A stretch of 63,972 nucleotides of DNA, the filler included. It is 5 parts of 5 records of this genome, joined end to end, with 100 filler letters (N's around TTAATTAATTAA, not from the genome) between each part and the next. Parts side by side here need not be neighbours in the genome. Positions count along the whole stretch, not along the records: positions 49,635 to 56,733 come from SRR31147125_2726; positions 56,834 to 63,972 come from SRR31147125_2728; 3 more parts are not named here. One strand, 5' to 3'. The position numbers and the translations under genes are program-made. Shown in pieces: positions 55,139 through 63,972 of this stretch (position 1 is the stretch's first letter; each line of letters opens with the position of its first letter). Under the pieces are notes generated by a model. That model did no database searches and was not told the origin of the DNA. It was given only the letters and a program-made list of their open reading frames with translations.

Positions 55139-56376
55139 GAGTCCTCCACCTCAGCCAATCGGATATCTCAGGTGGCGCAGCCCGTGCCGCTTATCGGATT
55201 CATCACAGTCTTATCGACCATGGCACAGATTCATTAATGATGGTCGATGATGCTCAAACTGGTGACTGGTCTGTGCACGCACCCGCGAATAACTGGCAAC
55301 TGTCGAAAACTATGTTCAAACGGGTCATAGGCAATCTGTTCACCAGGCGGTTGAAAAACAAAAGCCACGCTTATCATTCCGCGGCTATCCTGCCCTCCAA
55401 CTGGTCTAAGTGCCTTGCCGATAGAAACAATGCTGTTATAAATCTTCACTGGATCAATAAGGAAATGATTTCCATCGCCGATCTTGGAAAAATACGTGGT
55501 CCTCTTGTTTGGACCTTGCACGATATGTGGGCCTTCTGCGGGGCCGAACATTATGCGGAAAACAGCCGTTGGATGGATGGTTATAAAAAAAACAACCGAC
55601 CACCTCAAGAAAGTGGCTTTGATCTCAATCGTTTTACCTGGCAGCGAAAAATCAAGCACTGGAAGCACCCCTTTCAAATCGTCACTCCCAGTAAATGGCT
55701 TGCAGATTGCGTAAGAAAGAGTGCTTTGATGAATGATTGGCCGGTTCAGGTAATTCCAAATGCTTTAGATACGAATGTTTGGAAACCAGTCGAACAATCA
55801 CTCGCGCGTGAGTTGCTGAACCTCCCGCAAAATTCTCCTCTTCTGCTTTTTGGGGCTCTTGAAGGAACTAGCGACCCACGCAAAGGGTTCGATCTACTGA
55901 GAAAAACCCTAGGCCATCTGCGTGGCAACCTGCCTGGCCTGGAGTTGGCCGTTTTTGGGCAACGGGCACCACAGTCCTACCCCAATCTCGGATTTCCTGT
56001 GCACTTTCTGGGCCACCTTTATGATGAAGTGAGTTTGTGTCTGCTTTACAATGCTACAGATGTCATGGTTGTACCCTCCCGCCAGGACAACCTGCCGCAA
56101 ACAGGGACTGAAGCACAAACGTGTGGTTGTCCCGTTGTCGCGTTTGATACGTGTGGCTTGCCAGATGTTGTCTCTCATCTACAAACGGGCTATTTAGCGA
56201 AGCCTTTCGATACCAAGGATTTGGCCTATGGCATTACCTGGGTCCTGGAAAACGAAGAGCGCCGCATGGAATTATCAAGAGCTGCTCGTAAAAGAGCGTT
56301 GAAATCATGGACACCAGAAGTAGTAGTGCCTCAATATCTAGAGGTCTATCGCCGAGCTATTGATCAGCAAATGTAA
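55135..56376 (+). CDS. GT4 glycosyltransferase (WcaC-like)
   Basis: GGAARAA, WTLHDMW, PRKG, PSRQDNLP..EAQTCG.PVV. Confidence 0.92.
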   Translation: MRVLHLSQSDISGGAARAAYRIHHSLIDHGTDSLMMVDDAQTGDWSVHAPANNWQLSKTMFKRVIGNLFTRRLKNKSHAYHSAAILPSNWSKCLADRNNAVINLHWINKEMISIADLGKIRGPLVWTLHDMWAFCGAEHYAENSRWMDGYKKNNRPPQESGFDLNRFTWQRKIKHWKHPFQIVTPSKWLADCVRKSALMNDWPVQVIPNALDTNVWKPVEQSLARELLNLPQNSPLLLFGALEGTSDPRKGFDLLRKTLGHLRGNLPGLELAVFGQRAPQSYPNLGFPVHFLGHLYDEVSLCLLYNATDVMVVPSRQDNLPQTGTEAQTCGCPVVAFDTCGLPDVVSHLQTGYLAKPFDTKDLAYGITWVLENEERRMELSRAARKRALKSWTPEVVVPQYLEVYRRAIDQQM

Positions 56377-56531
56377 ACAAAAGTGGCATTTCGAATGTCC
56401 ACAATTGACCTCATTTTAATATAAATCTATTTCCTATATTTTTTAAATAATTATACATAAGGCAACTCGATGTAATAAAGGAGTTTTAGTATATTTATTC
56501 TCATATATCTAGATATTTAAATTATGAAGGA

Positions 56532-56726
56532 ATGCCAATGTCTGACAACTTTCACGAAAAGAGCTACCAAAAGCATTATGAACACTACAGACAGTTCAGT
56601 GATTATGGTGAAAGACAAAAACATGCTAAAACGTGGCTTGAATCGGACACAGTAAATTCATGGCGTCATCAGCGTATGTATAGAGTGCTTGATCCCATTA
56701 TTTATAGTGGGTTCCTTGAAAAATAA
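56532..56726 (+). pseudogene. N-terminal fragment of a probable methyltransferase, cut near the contig end
   Basis: Good RBS and coding-like TVNSWRHQRMY; stops 7 nt before the gap. Confidence 0.45.
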
Positions 56727-56733
56727 CCTTTGA

Positions 56734-56833
56734 NNNNNNNNNNNNNNNNNNNNNNNNNNNNNNNNNNNNNNNNNNNNTTAATTAATTAANNNNNNNNNNN
56801 NNNNNNNNNNNNNNNNNNNNNNNNNNNNNNNNN
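56734..56833. other. Artificial contig spacer
   Basis: N run with TTAATTAATTAA. Confidence 0.99.
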
Positions 56834-57154
56834 TTTAAAGGAAATTTCAAGTATATAGGAGGTAATGAAGATTTTGATGTAAAATCGAAACAGTGGGGTT
56901 TAGGTGGAGGATTTGAAAATCATTATAAAATGGCAGAAAACCTGAATCTTGTTCTTGCTTTCGGACTTGACTATTATTTCTCAAGTATCTTGAAAGGGCA
57001 CGATACATCTTATGGTCCAAGAGATGATAATGTCAATCCAAGAAACGACAATCAGAATAACAATACACCCTTTACATATAAAGATGCTAACAAAGCAATT
57101 AATCAACCTAAACTTTCGCCGAGAGCAATGATTGGTATCAGTTTCAAATTATGA
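56834..57154 (+). CDS. C-terminal fragment of an outer-membrane protein
   Basis: Frame open from contig edge; ends in beta-signal-like MIGISFKL. Confidence 0.65.
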   Translation, partial: FKGNFKYIGGNEDFDVKSKQWGLGGGFENHYKMAENLNLVLAFGLDYYFSSILKGHDTSYGPRDDNVNPRNDNQNNNTPFTYKDANKAINQPKLSPRAMIGISFKL

Positions 57155-57309
57155 AACTTAACATATCATACTGTTGATTCGATAAAAGAAAAGCCTGTTT
57201 GTTTATGAGGTTTATAACAGTTCAGCCCTTTTTTGCTTAAATTTGCGGATCGCTTAAAACATTTTCAGGTTGAATTGTTTTATTACCAATTACCTTTAAA
57301 CAAAAAACT

Positions 57310-57975
57310 ATGGTTGACAAACTTTCTGATCCTATTGGTCGATTAATGGGACTTCGATACAAATCTCATCCTTGGCATGGTGTTCACATTGGCAAAGATG
57401 CCCCTCAAAGACTTACTGCATTTATTGAGGTAGTACCTACTGACACTGTAAAGTATGAAATTGATAAAGACAGCGGATACCTTCGTTTGGATCGCCCTCA
57501 AAAATACTCGAATGTAGTACCTGCACTTTATGGTTTTATTCCTCAAACATTCTGTGGAGACGAGATTGCTGATTTCTGCATGCAAAAAACCGGAAAGAAA
57601 AGCATCAAAGGAGACGCCGATCCTCTTGATATTTGTGTGCTCACAGAAAAAGATATTACCCACGGTGATATCCTCGTTTATGCTCGTCCAATTGGAGGTT
57701 TCAGAATGATAGATGGCAACGAAGCAGATGATAAGATTATCGCTGTGTTAAGTAACGATGTTGTTTATGAAGGCTATAAAGATGTTAGTGACCTGCCACC
57801 TGTAGTCGTAGAGCGCTTAAAACACTATTTTCTAACTTACAAAGATATGCCTGGCAGAGATAAGGATACAGAAATTACACATACTTATGGAGTTGAAGAA
57901 GCACAACAAGTTATCAAACACTCTATAGTAGACTACCAAAAACGTTTTGACAACTTAGGCAAGTTACTTTATTAA
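57310..57975 (+). CDS. ppa: Inorganic pyrophosphatase (family I)
   Basis: HPWHG, KYEIDK, YGFIPQT, DADPLD, DGNEADDK. Confidence 0.95.
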   Translation: MVDKLSDPIGRLMGLRYKSHPWHGVHIGKDAPQRLTAFIEVVPTDTVKYEIDKDSGYLRLDRPQKYSNVVPALYGFIPQTFCGDEIADFCMQKTGKKSIKGDADPLDICVLTEKDITHGDILVYARPIGGFRMIDGNEADDKIIAVLSNDVVYEGYKDVSDLPPVVVERLKHYFLTYKDMPGRDKDTEITHTYGVEEAQQVIKHSIVDYQKRFDNLGKLLY

Positions 57976-58117
57976 ACAAGTTTGCTTAAGCTATTTTTTT
58001 AACAGAAATATGAAGGAGTGTTTTAATGAAACATTCCTTCTTCTGTTTTTGACATGTTGTACATACCTGGTTCGTTTCTAAGTTTTTTGCTAGTTTTATT
58101 CAGCTAAACTTAAAATT

Positions 58118-58906
58118 ATGAAACGATTTATCTTCTTGTCTTTCTTAACACTCTTTGCCTGCTTTTCATTCGCACAGGAATCTCTTGATTTGTACCTTCT
58201 TATAGGGCAATCAAATATGGCTGGCAGAGGTGTTATTGAATCTCAGGATACAGTTTCGTTTAAAAATGTACTTGCGCTAACTAAAGATTTAAAATGGAGA
58301 CCTGCCCAAGATCCGATTCATTTTGACAAGAAGATTGCAGGTGTTGGTTTGGGTCGTTCTTTTGGCATTGAGATGCAACGAATAAATCCAAACGCTACAA
58401 TTGGTCTTATTCCTTGTGCAGTAGGAGGATCTCCTATTGATAGCTGGAGTCCGGGAGTTTTATTTAAAGATACTAATACTTATCCATGGGATGATATGGT
58501 GAAACGATTAGAGTTTGCACTTAAGTATGGAGAGCTAAAGGGAATATTGTGGCATCAAGGCGAATCGGATACAAATCTGGAATTGGCTCCTCATTATGGA
58601 CAAAAATTTAAGCAACTTGTTTCACGATTAAGAACGTTATCTGGAAACCCGGAAGTTCCAATTGTTGCAGGAGAAATGGTTCGCCAATTTCAATCGTACA
58701 ATGGCATAAAGTTTAAAGATGAAGTCGTTTATCCTAAAATGGTGATGACAGCAATTAAAATAATTTCAAAAAAAGATGAGTACATCGAGCTTGTTAGTAG
58801 TAAGGGATTATCCGATAAGGGCGATGAAATTCACTTTAATTCCGAGTCCTATCGTGAACTGGGGAAAAGATATGCAAAATCCATGCAGAAACTATTGAAA
58901 AAATAA
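58118..58906 (+). CDS. SASA/CE6-like carbohydrate acetylesterase
   Basis: Signal peptide, GQSNMAG, HQGESD, DEIH. Confidence 0.9.
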   Translation: MKRFIFLSFLTLFACFSFAQESLDLYLLIGQSNMAGRGVIESQDTVSFKNVLALTKDLKWRPAQDPIHFDKKIAGVGLGRSFGIEMQRINPNATIGLIPCAVGGSPIDSWSPGVLFKDTNTYPWDDMVKRLEFALKYGELKGILWHQGESDTNLELAPHYGQKFKQLVSRLRTLSGNPEVPIVAGEMVRQFQSYNGIKFKDEVVYPKMVMTAIKIISKKDEYIELVSSKGLSDKGDEIHFNSESYRELGKRYAKSMQKLLKK

Positions 58907-58935
58907 AGCCCTGCTTTTTATACAGGGCAAATATC

Positions 58936-59640
58936 TTAGAAACTGTAAACGTCTCCACCGCTTGATTCATGCACATCTTTATAAGTAGGATTTCCTTTGT
59001 ATCGAACATCTCCACCACTGCTCGCATTTGCTTTTAAACTTTCGGTTACATGTACCGATGCATCTGAACCACTGGAAACTTTTACCTCACAATTCTTACT
59101 TACTAAATCTCTTGCATCAATATCACTCCCACTAGATGCTTTTGCTTGAAAATGAACCACTTCACCAGACAATTCAGCATCTGATCCACTGCTGGTTTGT
59201 AACCAAATTTTGTCTGCTTTCAAGTCTTCCAATTTAATATCTGATCCACTACTTACATCAAGTTTTAGATCCTTCAAATCAAATCCATTTTCAGAATATA
59301 CATCTGATCCTGCTGAGGCATTTATGGACTCTAAATCGTCAAAAGTAACAAATGCCTGTCGAGATTTATTCCACTGCCAGTTCATGTTTCTTTCAAGATA
59401 GATATGCAAAACTCCATCCTTTACTTTTGTAACAATCTCATCAATAATTTCCTGATCAGCTTTAATTTCAACTTGCTCAGAATTAGACTGCGTTAGGTAA
59501 AGATCTATTCCACTGCTAACTTTAATTGCACTAAATTCGGGAACATTACGAACCTGGCTATCCGACTTTTTTGATAATGCCTGTGCTCCAAAACAAAACA
59601 GCATTGCAAGAGATAATGTAACTAGTTTAATTGTTTTCAT
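58936..59640 (-). CDS. DUF2807 (head GIN) beta-helix protein
   Basis: Signal peptide, repeated xSSGSD turns, YKGNP. Confidence 0.9.
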   Translation of the reverse strand: MKTIKLVTLSLAMLFCFGAQALSKKSDSQVRNVPEFSAIKVSSGIDLYLTQSNSEQVEIKADQEIIDEIVTKVKDGVLHIYLERNMNWQWNKSRQAFVTFDDLESINASAGSDVYSENGFDLKDLKLDVSSGSDIKLEDLKADKIWLQTSSGSDAELSGEVVHFQAKASSGSDIDARDLVSKNCEVKVSSGSDASVHVTESLKANASSGGDVRYKGNPTYKDVHESSGGDVYSF

Positions 59641-59666
59641 GCTTGTTATTTTAACATATTAAAATT

Positions 59667-60389
59667 CTATCGTGATATAATCTGACCACCTGAAGATTTA
59701 TCAATATGAGTAACTTCTGGCTTTCCATAATAGTAAATATGCCCACCACTTGATGCCTCCCCATCGAGGCTTTCTGTTACTGTGAAAGTAATGTGTGCAC
59801 CGCTTGAAACATCAGCATCAGCTTTTTTAGTGGTTAACTTTTGTGCTTTAATATGCGCTCCGGAAGAAGCTTTAAATGTTGCTTTCTCACTTTTCCCTTC
59901 AATAGAAATATGTGCTCCGGAGGAGCTTTTAGAACTTAACCGGGAAGAGTTTATCTCCATTCTTTGATGGCTGCCTGATGATGCTGATAATGCTAATGAC
60001 TTTGATCTTAAAACATTGTCGGTATAAACATGTGACCCAGAACTAGATTCTACAGTTTCTATCTCTAAATAATGAACGAAAACCTTTTTTGATTTTGCTT
60101 TTCGAATTTGTTCATCAGTATAAATTTTCAATTCATTACCTGAAACTTCAGTTCGAATAGATTGAAAAAGATTGTTGTCGGCCTCCACTACAACATACTC
60201 TTTATCATCGGCTATAAGATGAACCTCAAGACCATGAGAAGCTTTAACGGCAGTAAAATCATTGACTTTTCGGGTTTCGCGTTCTACATCACCATTGCCT
60301 TTAACTGATGGTCCAATGAAGATACAAGATGTTGCAAAGAATATTAATGATAAAAAGGAAAGGAAAAAAGTGACTGATTTTTTATTCAT
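59667..60389 (-). CDS. DUF2807 (head GIN) lipoprotein
   Basis: Lipobox ATSC, KGNG, repeated SSGxH, YYGKP. Confidence 0.9.
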   Translation of the reverse strand: MNKKSVTFFLSFLSLIFFATSCIFIGPSVKGNGDVERETRKVNDFTAVKASHGLEVHLIADDKEYVVVEADNNLFQSIRTEVSGNELKIYTDEQIRKAKSKKVFVHYLEIETVESSSGSHVYTDNVLRSKSLALSASSGSHQRMEINSSRLSSKSSSGAHISIEGKSEKATFKASSGAHIKAQKLTTKKADADVSSGAHITFTVTESLDGEASSGGHIYYYGKPEVTHIDKSSGGQIISR

Positions 60390-60411
60390 AACGGGTTTCT
60401 TTATAAATTAT

Positions 60412-60437
60412 GACGCATGATTTTGATTTTCGTTGCA
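60412..60437 (-). promoter_or_regulatory. ECF sigma-type promoter
   Basis: TGCAAC-16 nt-CGTC upstream of the DUF2807 pair. Confidence 0.6.
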
Positions 60438-60522
60438 TAATTTACTCCATTCTAATAAATCAATCCTCCATTTTTCGTTGAACACTGGCATATTGTCGGT
60501 AAGTATCCAAAATCTATTGCAT

Positions 60523-60549
60523 AAAAAAGCCAGGATTTCTCCCGGCTTT
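60523..60549 (-). terminator. Intrinsic terminator after the Spy-like gene
   Basis: AAAGCCGGGA-gaaa-TCCTGGC-TTTTTT on the minus strand. Confidence 0.8.
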
Positions 60550-60581
60550 CAGTCATGAAATAAGAAAACGTTACTACTCAC

Positions 60582-61046
60582 TCAATCTTTGATATCTTTT
60601 CCTTTGTCAACATGATGATTTCTTCCATTTCTGGATTTTTTAAAATCAGACATTCTAAGCTTCTGTTCTTCTGTTAAATGAGATGACATTTCAACTCGAC
60701 CTTTAGCATTTATTTTCTCAAGCTTGGTTTTAAGCTCTCCCATTTTATCAATGCTTGCATAAATTTTACTAAGCTCAGGTTTCTCTGCAGTCATTAATGT
60801 TTGATGATGAGCCCTTAGTTCCCGAAGTTCGTCACGAATTGCTTTTGACTCTTTCATGCTTCCCATTCGAATCTCTTCAAAAATTTCTTTCTGATCTTCT
60901 GTTAGCATTTTTTCATGCATCATTCCGTGTTGACCTTTTTCTCGATACTCACCTCTGTTTCTTTTTTCGGGATTATTTGCTTGAGACAAATTAAAGTTCA
61001 AAATAAAAATGAGGGATAGTCCAATTGAGATAATAAATTGTTTCAT
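60582..61046 (-). CDS. Spy/CpxP family periplasmic chaperone
   Basis: Signal peptide, two LTxxQ motifs (LTEDQ, LTEEQ). Confidence 0.88.
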   Translation of the reverse strand: MKQFIISIGLSLIFILNFNLSQANNPEKRNRGEYREKGQHGMMHEKMLTEDQKEIFEEIRMGSMKESKAIRDELRELRAHHQTLMTAEKPELSKIYASIDKMGELKTKLEKINAKGRVEMSSHLTEEQKLRMSDFKKSRNGRNHHVDKGKDIKD

Positions 61047-61076
61047 TGCTTCTAATTTTTAAATGAATATTTCCCC

Positions 61077-61104
61077 TTTGACTTACAGCTATAAATAGGG
61101 TTTA
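61077..61104 (-). promoter_or_regulatory. ECF sigma-type promoter
   Basis: TAAACC-16 nt-GTCAAA upstream of the Spy-like gene. Confidence 0.5.
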
Positions 61105-61134
61105 ATGTGAGATGATAATTTCACAATATTTAAC

Positions 61135-61310
61135 AACTCACTCCTAGTCAGGCACATCCGAACCCACTTTTTCATCTAAGACTTTTTAAGCGATTAATAC
61201 TTTGAATTAAATCCATTCACTAAGTTTTCCCAAAGCATAGATTAAAGCTTTGTAACTGCAAATGTGGCAGCAGCTCCCAATTTCCTATTTTAATTGCCTG
61301 AAGAATAGTC
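61135..61310 (-). ncRNA. Candidate structured ncRNA of unknown family
   Basis: Closing helix TCAGGCA/TGCCTGA extendable with G-U pairs on the minus strand, internal hairpins, no ORF. Confidence 0.3.
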
Positions 61311-61494
61311 TGAATCTTCACACAAAACAGTAAATATGTAAAATGAGAGCAGGAAAGCTCAAATTATTTGACAAAAAGCATACGGTATTTATTAATTATT
61401 ACGTTTTTCAGATGTTGTATTTTATTTTTTATTAAATTTAACAAGCCGTTATTAAGGCTATAATTCACACACTGGGCGCTAAATAACTTATATC

Positions 61495-62007
61495 TTGATT
61501 ATGCAAAACAATAAAAACCCATTGATTTTTGTAGTTGAAGACAATCATGTTTATAACAAATTGGTTGTCAGCTTCCTGAAAACCAATAAGTTTACAAATG
61601 TAGAGGCTTTCTATACTGGAGAGGAAGCTATTGCTGCAATGGACAAACAACCGCGAATTGTTATTCAGGATTATCTGTTGGAGGGGATGAATGGAATAGA
61701 GGTTCTAAAGAGATCGAAGAAAGTAGTTCCTGATGTTGAGTTCATTTTCCTTTCTGGACAAGATAGTATTGACATTGCCATTAACACCATGAAATATGGT
61801 GCTTATGACTATATCGTTAAAGATCAAATGGCTTTGAAGAAAATGGTAAACAAAATCAACAAAATTTTATCAGTTACACAACTACAAAAGAGCAATAAAC
61901 GTTACAAAGCAGGTGTGGTTCTGTTTTTTGCCGCTTTGATCCTATTTATTTTGGCTATAATTACTGTAGCAATTATGTACCCGAATACATTTGGATTAGG
62001 AAACTAA
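61495..62007 (+). CDS. Receiver-only response regulator with C-terminal TM helix
   Basis: VVEDN, IQDYLL, FLSGQ, GAYDYIVK, hydrophobic tail. Confidence 0.88.
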   Translation: MIMQNNKNPLIFVVEDNHVYNKLVVSFLKTNKFTNVEAFYTGEEAIAAMDKQPRIVIQDYLLEGMNGIEVLKRSKKVVPDVEFIFLSGQDSIDIAINTMKYGAYDYIVKDQMALKKMVNKINKILSVTQLQKSNKRYKAGVVLFFAALILFILAIITVAIMYPNTFGLGN

Positions 62008-63742
62008 TTATTAATTACCATATCAGGAAAAACCCGGTTCTTATGACCGGGTTTTTTTATGTGGCTCATTGATATAATTTTTCCAGGAGAAAAGGTCATA
62101 CTATACACCTCTGGATCTTTAATTAGTTTTTTTGCTTTTGAAATCCCCTTGTCATTTACAATAGCTGAGCGAATAGCTCCTTTTTGAAAATAATATCGGG
62201 TAATAATCTCATCGGTTAGCATATCCGATATCTCTTCTTTGAATTGATCCAAATCTTTATCAAGCTCATGACTAATTTTTACTTTTAAGCTTTCAAATTG
62301 TTCTTCAGCTAAAGCATAATAGCGTTCTTTCTTGGCAGTTTCTAACAATTCTTCAAAAAGCTTTTCAGTTGCCGATTCGTAACTAAAATCTCTGGACTTC
62401 ACGAATTCTTTAAACGATTCAAAAATTTCAGGAGTGATTTTAAATTCTTCAGGAGAAGCAATTGTTTCATTATCATTTGCAAACTGAGTAGCAAAATCAA
62501 AAAACATAAAATCACGAACCAAATGAATACTAAAACTGCTTAATATATCAAGATCAATTTTAACATCTGGTACTATTCCTCCACCATCGTAAACCTTGCG
62601 CCCTTTTTTTGTTGTAAACTCAGTAATTAACGAATCGGGGATTGCTCCAACGCTACCGTCATCATTCCGATTTGAATAATCCAATGCTTGAATGCAACGT
62701 CCACTTGGAATATAATATTTTGCAGTTGTAACTTTTAGCTGCGTGTTATAACTCAGCTCACGAGTGGTTTGAACAAGACCTTTCCCAAAAGTTCGGGATC
62801 CAACAATTACTGCCCTGTCAAGATCCTGGAGAGCTCCTGCTACAATTTCGGATGCTGAAGCCGAGCTACGATTTACAATAACAGCAATTGGCATTATGGT
62901 ATCAATAGGCTCTTCTGTTGCTTTATAAACTTTATCCCACTGTTTAACCTTGCCACGGGTACTTACAATTTCTTCTCCTTTTGAAACAAACAAATTAGCT
63001 ATTTTCACGGCTTCAATTAGTAAGCCTCCAGGATTAGAGCGCAAGTCCAGAACCAACGATTTCGCCTTCTTTTGCTCTTTCAATTCCACAAAAGCCTTTT
63101 TAACCTCATCGCTACAGTTGGTTGTGAAATTCGACAATCGAATATAAGCAGTTTCATCATCTAGCATTCCGTAATAAGGAACAGCATCAATATGAATTTT
63201 CTCGCGTACAATATCAAAGTTGCGGGTTTTCTTTTCTCCGGGGCGTTGTATTTTTATTTTAACAACCTTATTGGCTGGTCCTTTCAGAAGACTACTAACA
63301 TCTTCAGTATCCATTTCTATGGTCTCTTTTTCAGAAACCTCTAATATAACATCTCCGGCTTTTAATCCAGCTTTGTGGGCCGGAAAACCTTCGTATGGTT
63401 CTGCTACAACAACTTGCTTATCGTGCTTACTAATTAAAGCTCCAATTCCTGCATATTCACCTGTAGTCATGAACTTAAAATCCTCAATATCTGACTCCGG
63501 AATGTAATTGGTATAAGGGTCAAGAGATTGAAGCATTTCATCAATGCTGGTTTTAACTAAATCTGTTGCATCAACATCATCAACGTAAAAAAGGTTAAGC
63601 TCCCTAAAAGGGTATAATAAATATCCAGGTTCTTATCAATTAAAAAAAGCTTTTCATCACGGTTGAGTGCTGTAAATATTACTGAAATTAGCAGTAGCCC
63701 ACTTAATATAACTCCGATTCTAATTTTCTTATTTATTTTCAT
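62004..63742 (-). CDS. S41A C-terminal processing protease, probable frameshift ~63606-63609
   Basis: LDPYT, PDZ GIGA, DLRSNPGG, SASASEIVAG, FGKGLVQ, GIVPD; YYTLF-RELNLFYVD restored by one extra T. Confidence 0.93.
62028..62058. terminator. Bidirectional terminator-like hairpin
   Basis: AAAAACCCGGTT/GACCGGGTTTTTTT. Confidence 0.7.
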
Positions 63743-63972
63743 GAATCCATTTTTTAACACAAACAACAAAAGTAATAAAGCTGTTGACTAATTGAACAAT
63801 TCTTTCACCCTCTATTAGTTAATTATTCTTAATTGGCATTACACCTGAATTTTCTTTTCTTTGTTTCCATCACTAAAAGAATGATCATGGGAGCATTGAG
63901 CATCTTTAAAAAATACAGCCGTACGTTTTGGGCATCAAATACCATTGAACTTTTTGAACGATGGGCATGGTA

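Noticed and set aside
22518-56833. Four TTAATTAATTAA repeats and abrupt composition shifts as a repeat system or genomic islands
   Set aside because: These are artificial linkers joining separate contigs; cross-gap adjacency has no biological meaning.
5667-63610. Seven split genes (yigZ, lysC, murB, CgeB-like GT, RmlD-like, methyltransferase, S41) as programmed frameshifts or phase variation
   Set aside because: Each is repaired by adding one base to a homopolymer run. They occur in four unrelated contigs and include normally essential genes such as murB, which points to sequencing-platform error.
63800-63972. Gene fragment at the window end
   Set aside because: No frame gives an identifiable product.

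Overview
The window is not one locus. It joins five unrelated contigs with 100-nt artificial spacers (N run + TTAATTAATTAA + N run). (1) 1-22517 is low-GC and Acholeplasmatales/Izemoplasmatales-like (code 11). It carries atpFHAGDC, DUF1146 and yigZ, then a lipid/glycerol-phosphate cluster, then cca, yhaM, an AT-rich gap and an AraC-GH53-GH2 galactan module. The lipid cluster comprises DegV, a polytopic alpha/beta-hydrolase, GlpP, a three-gene G3P dehydrogenase, a DUF998-like protein and a Zn-phospholipase C-GT4 fusion. (2) 22618-32371 is clostridial-type: YesM/YesN two-component system, sugar ABC transporter, M20 peptidase and Zn polyol dehydrogenase. (3) 32472-49534 is FCB-group (KSB1/Calditrichota-like): SprA C-terminus, glutaminyl cyclase-like M28, prmA, a large CTD-bearing surface protein, an OM protein, dapA-murE-murD-lysC-murA-murB and several palindromic intergenic elements. 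(4) 49635-56733 is a surface-glycan cluster with an HpnJ-like B12 radical SAM enzyme. (5) 56834-63972 is Bacteroidales-like: ppa, SASA esterase, two DUF2807 genes, Spy/CpxP, a receiver protein and an S41 protease. The best candidate for an undescribed system is the GlpP-attenuated lipid scavenging/remodelling locus (6162-15681) with the PLC-glycosyltransferase fusion. Seven apparent frameshifts are each repaired by adding one base to a homopolymer run and are treated as sequencing error. Taxonomy and family calls come from motif recognition only; no searches were run.
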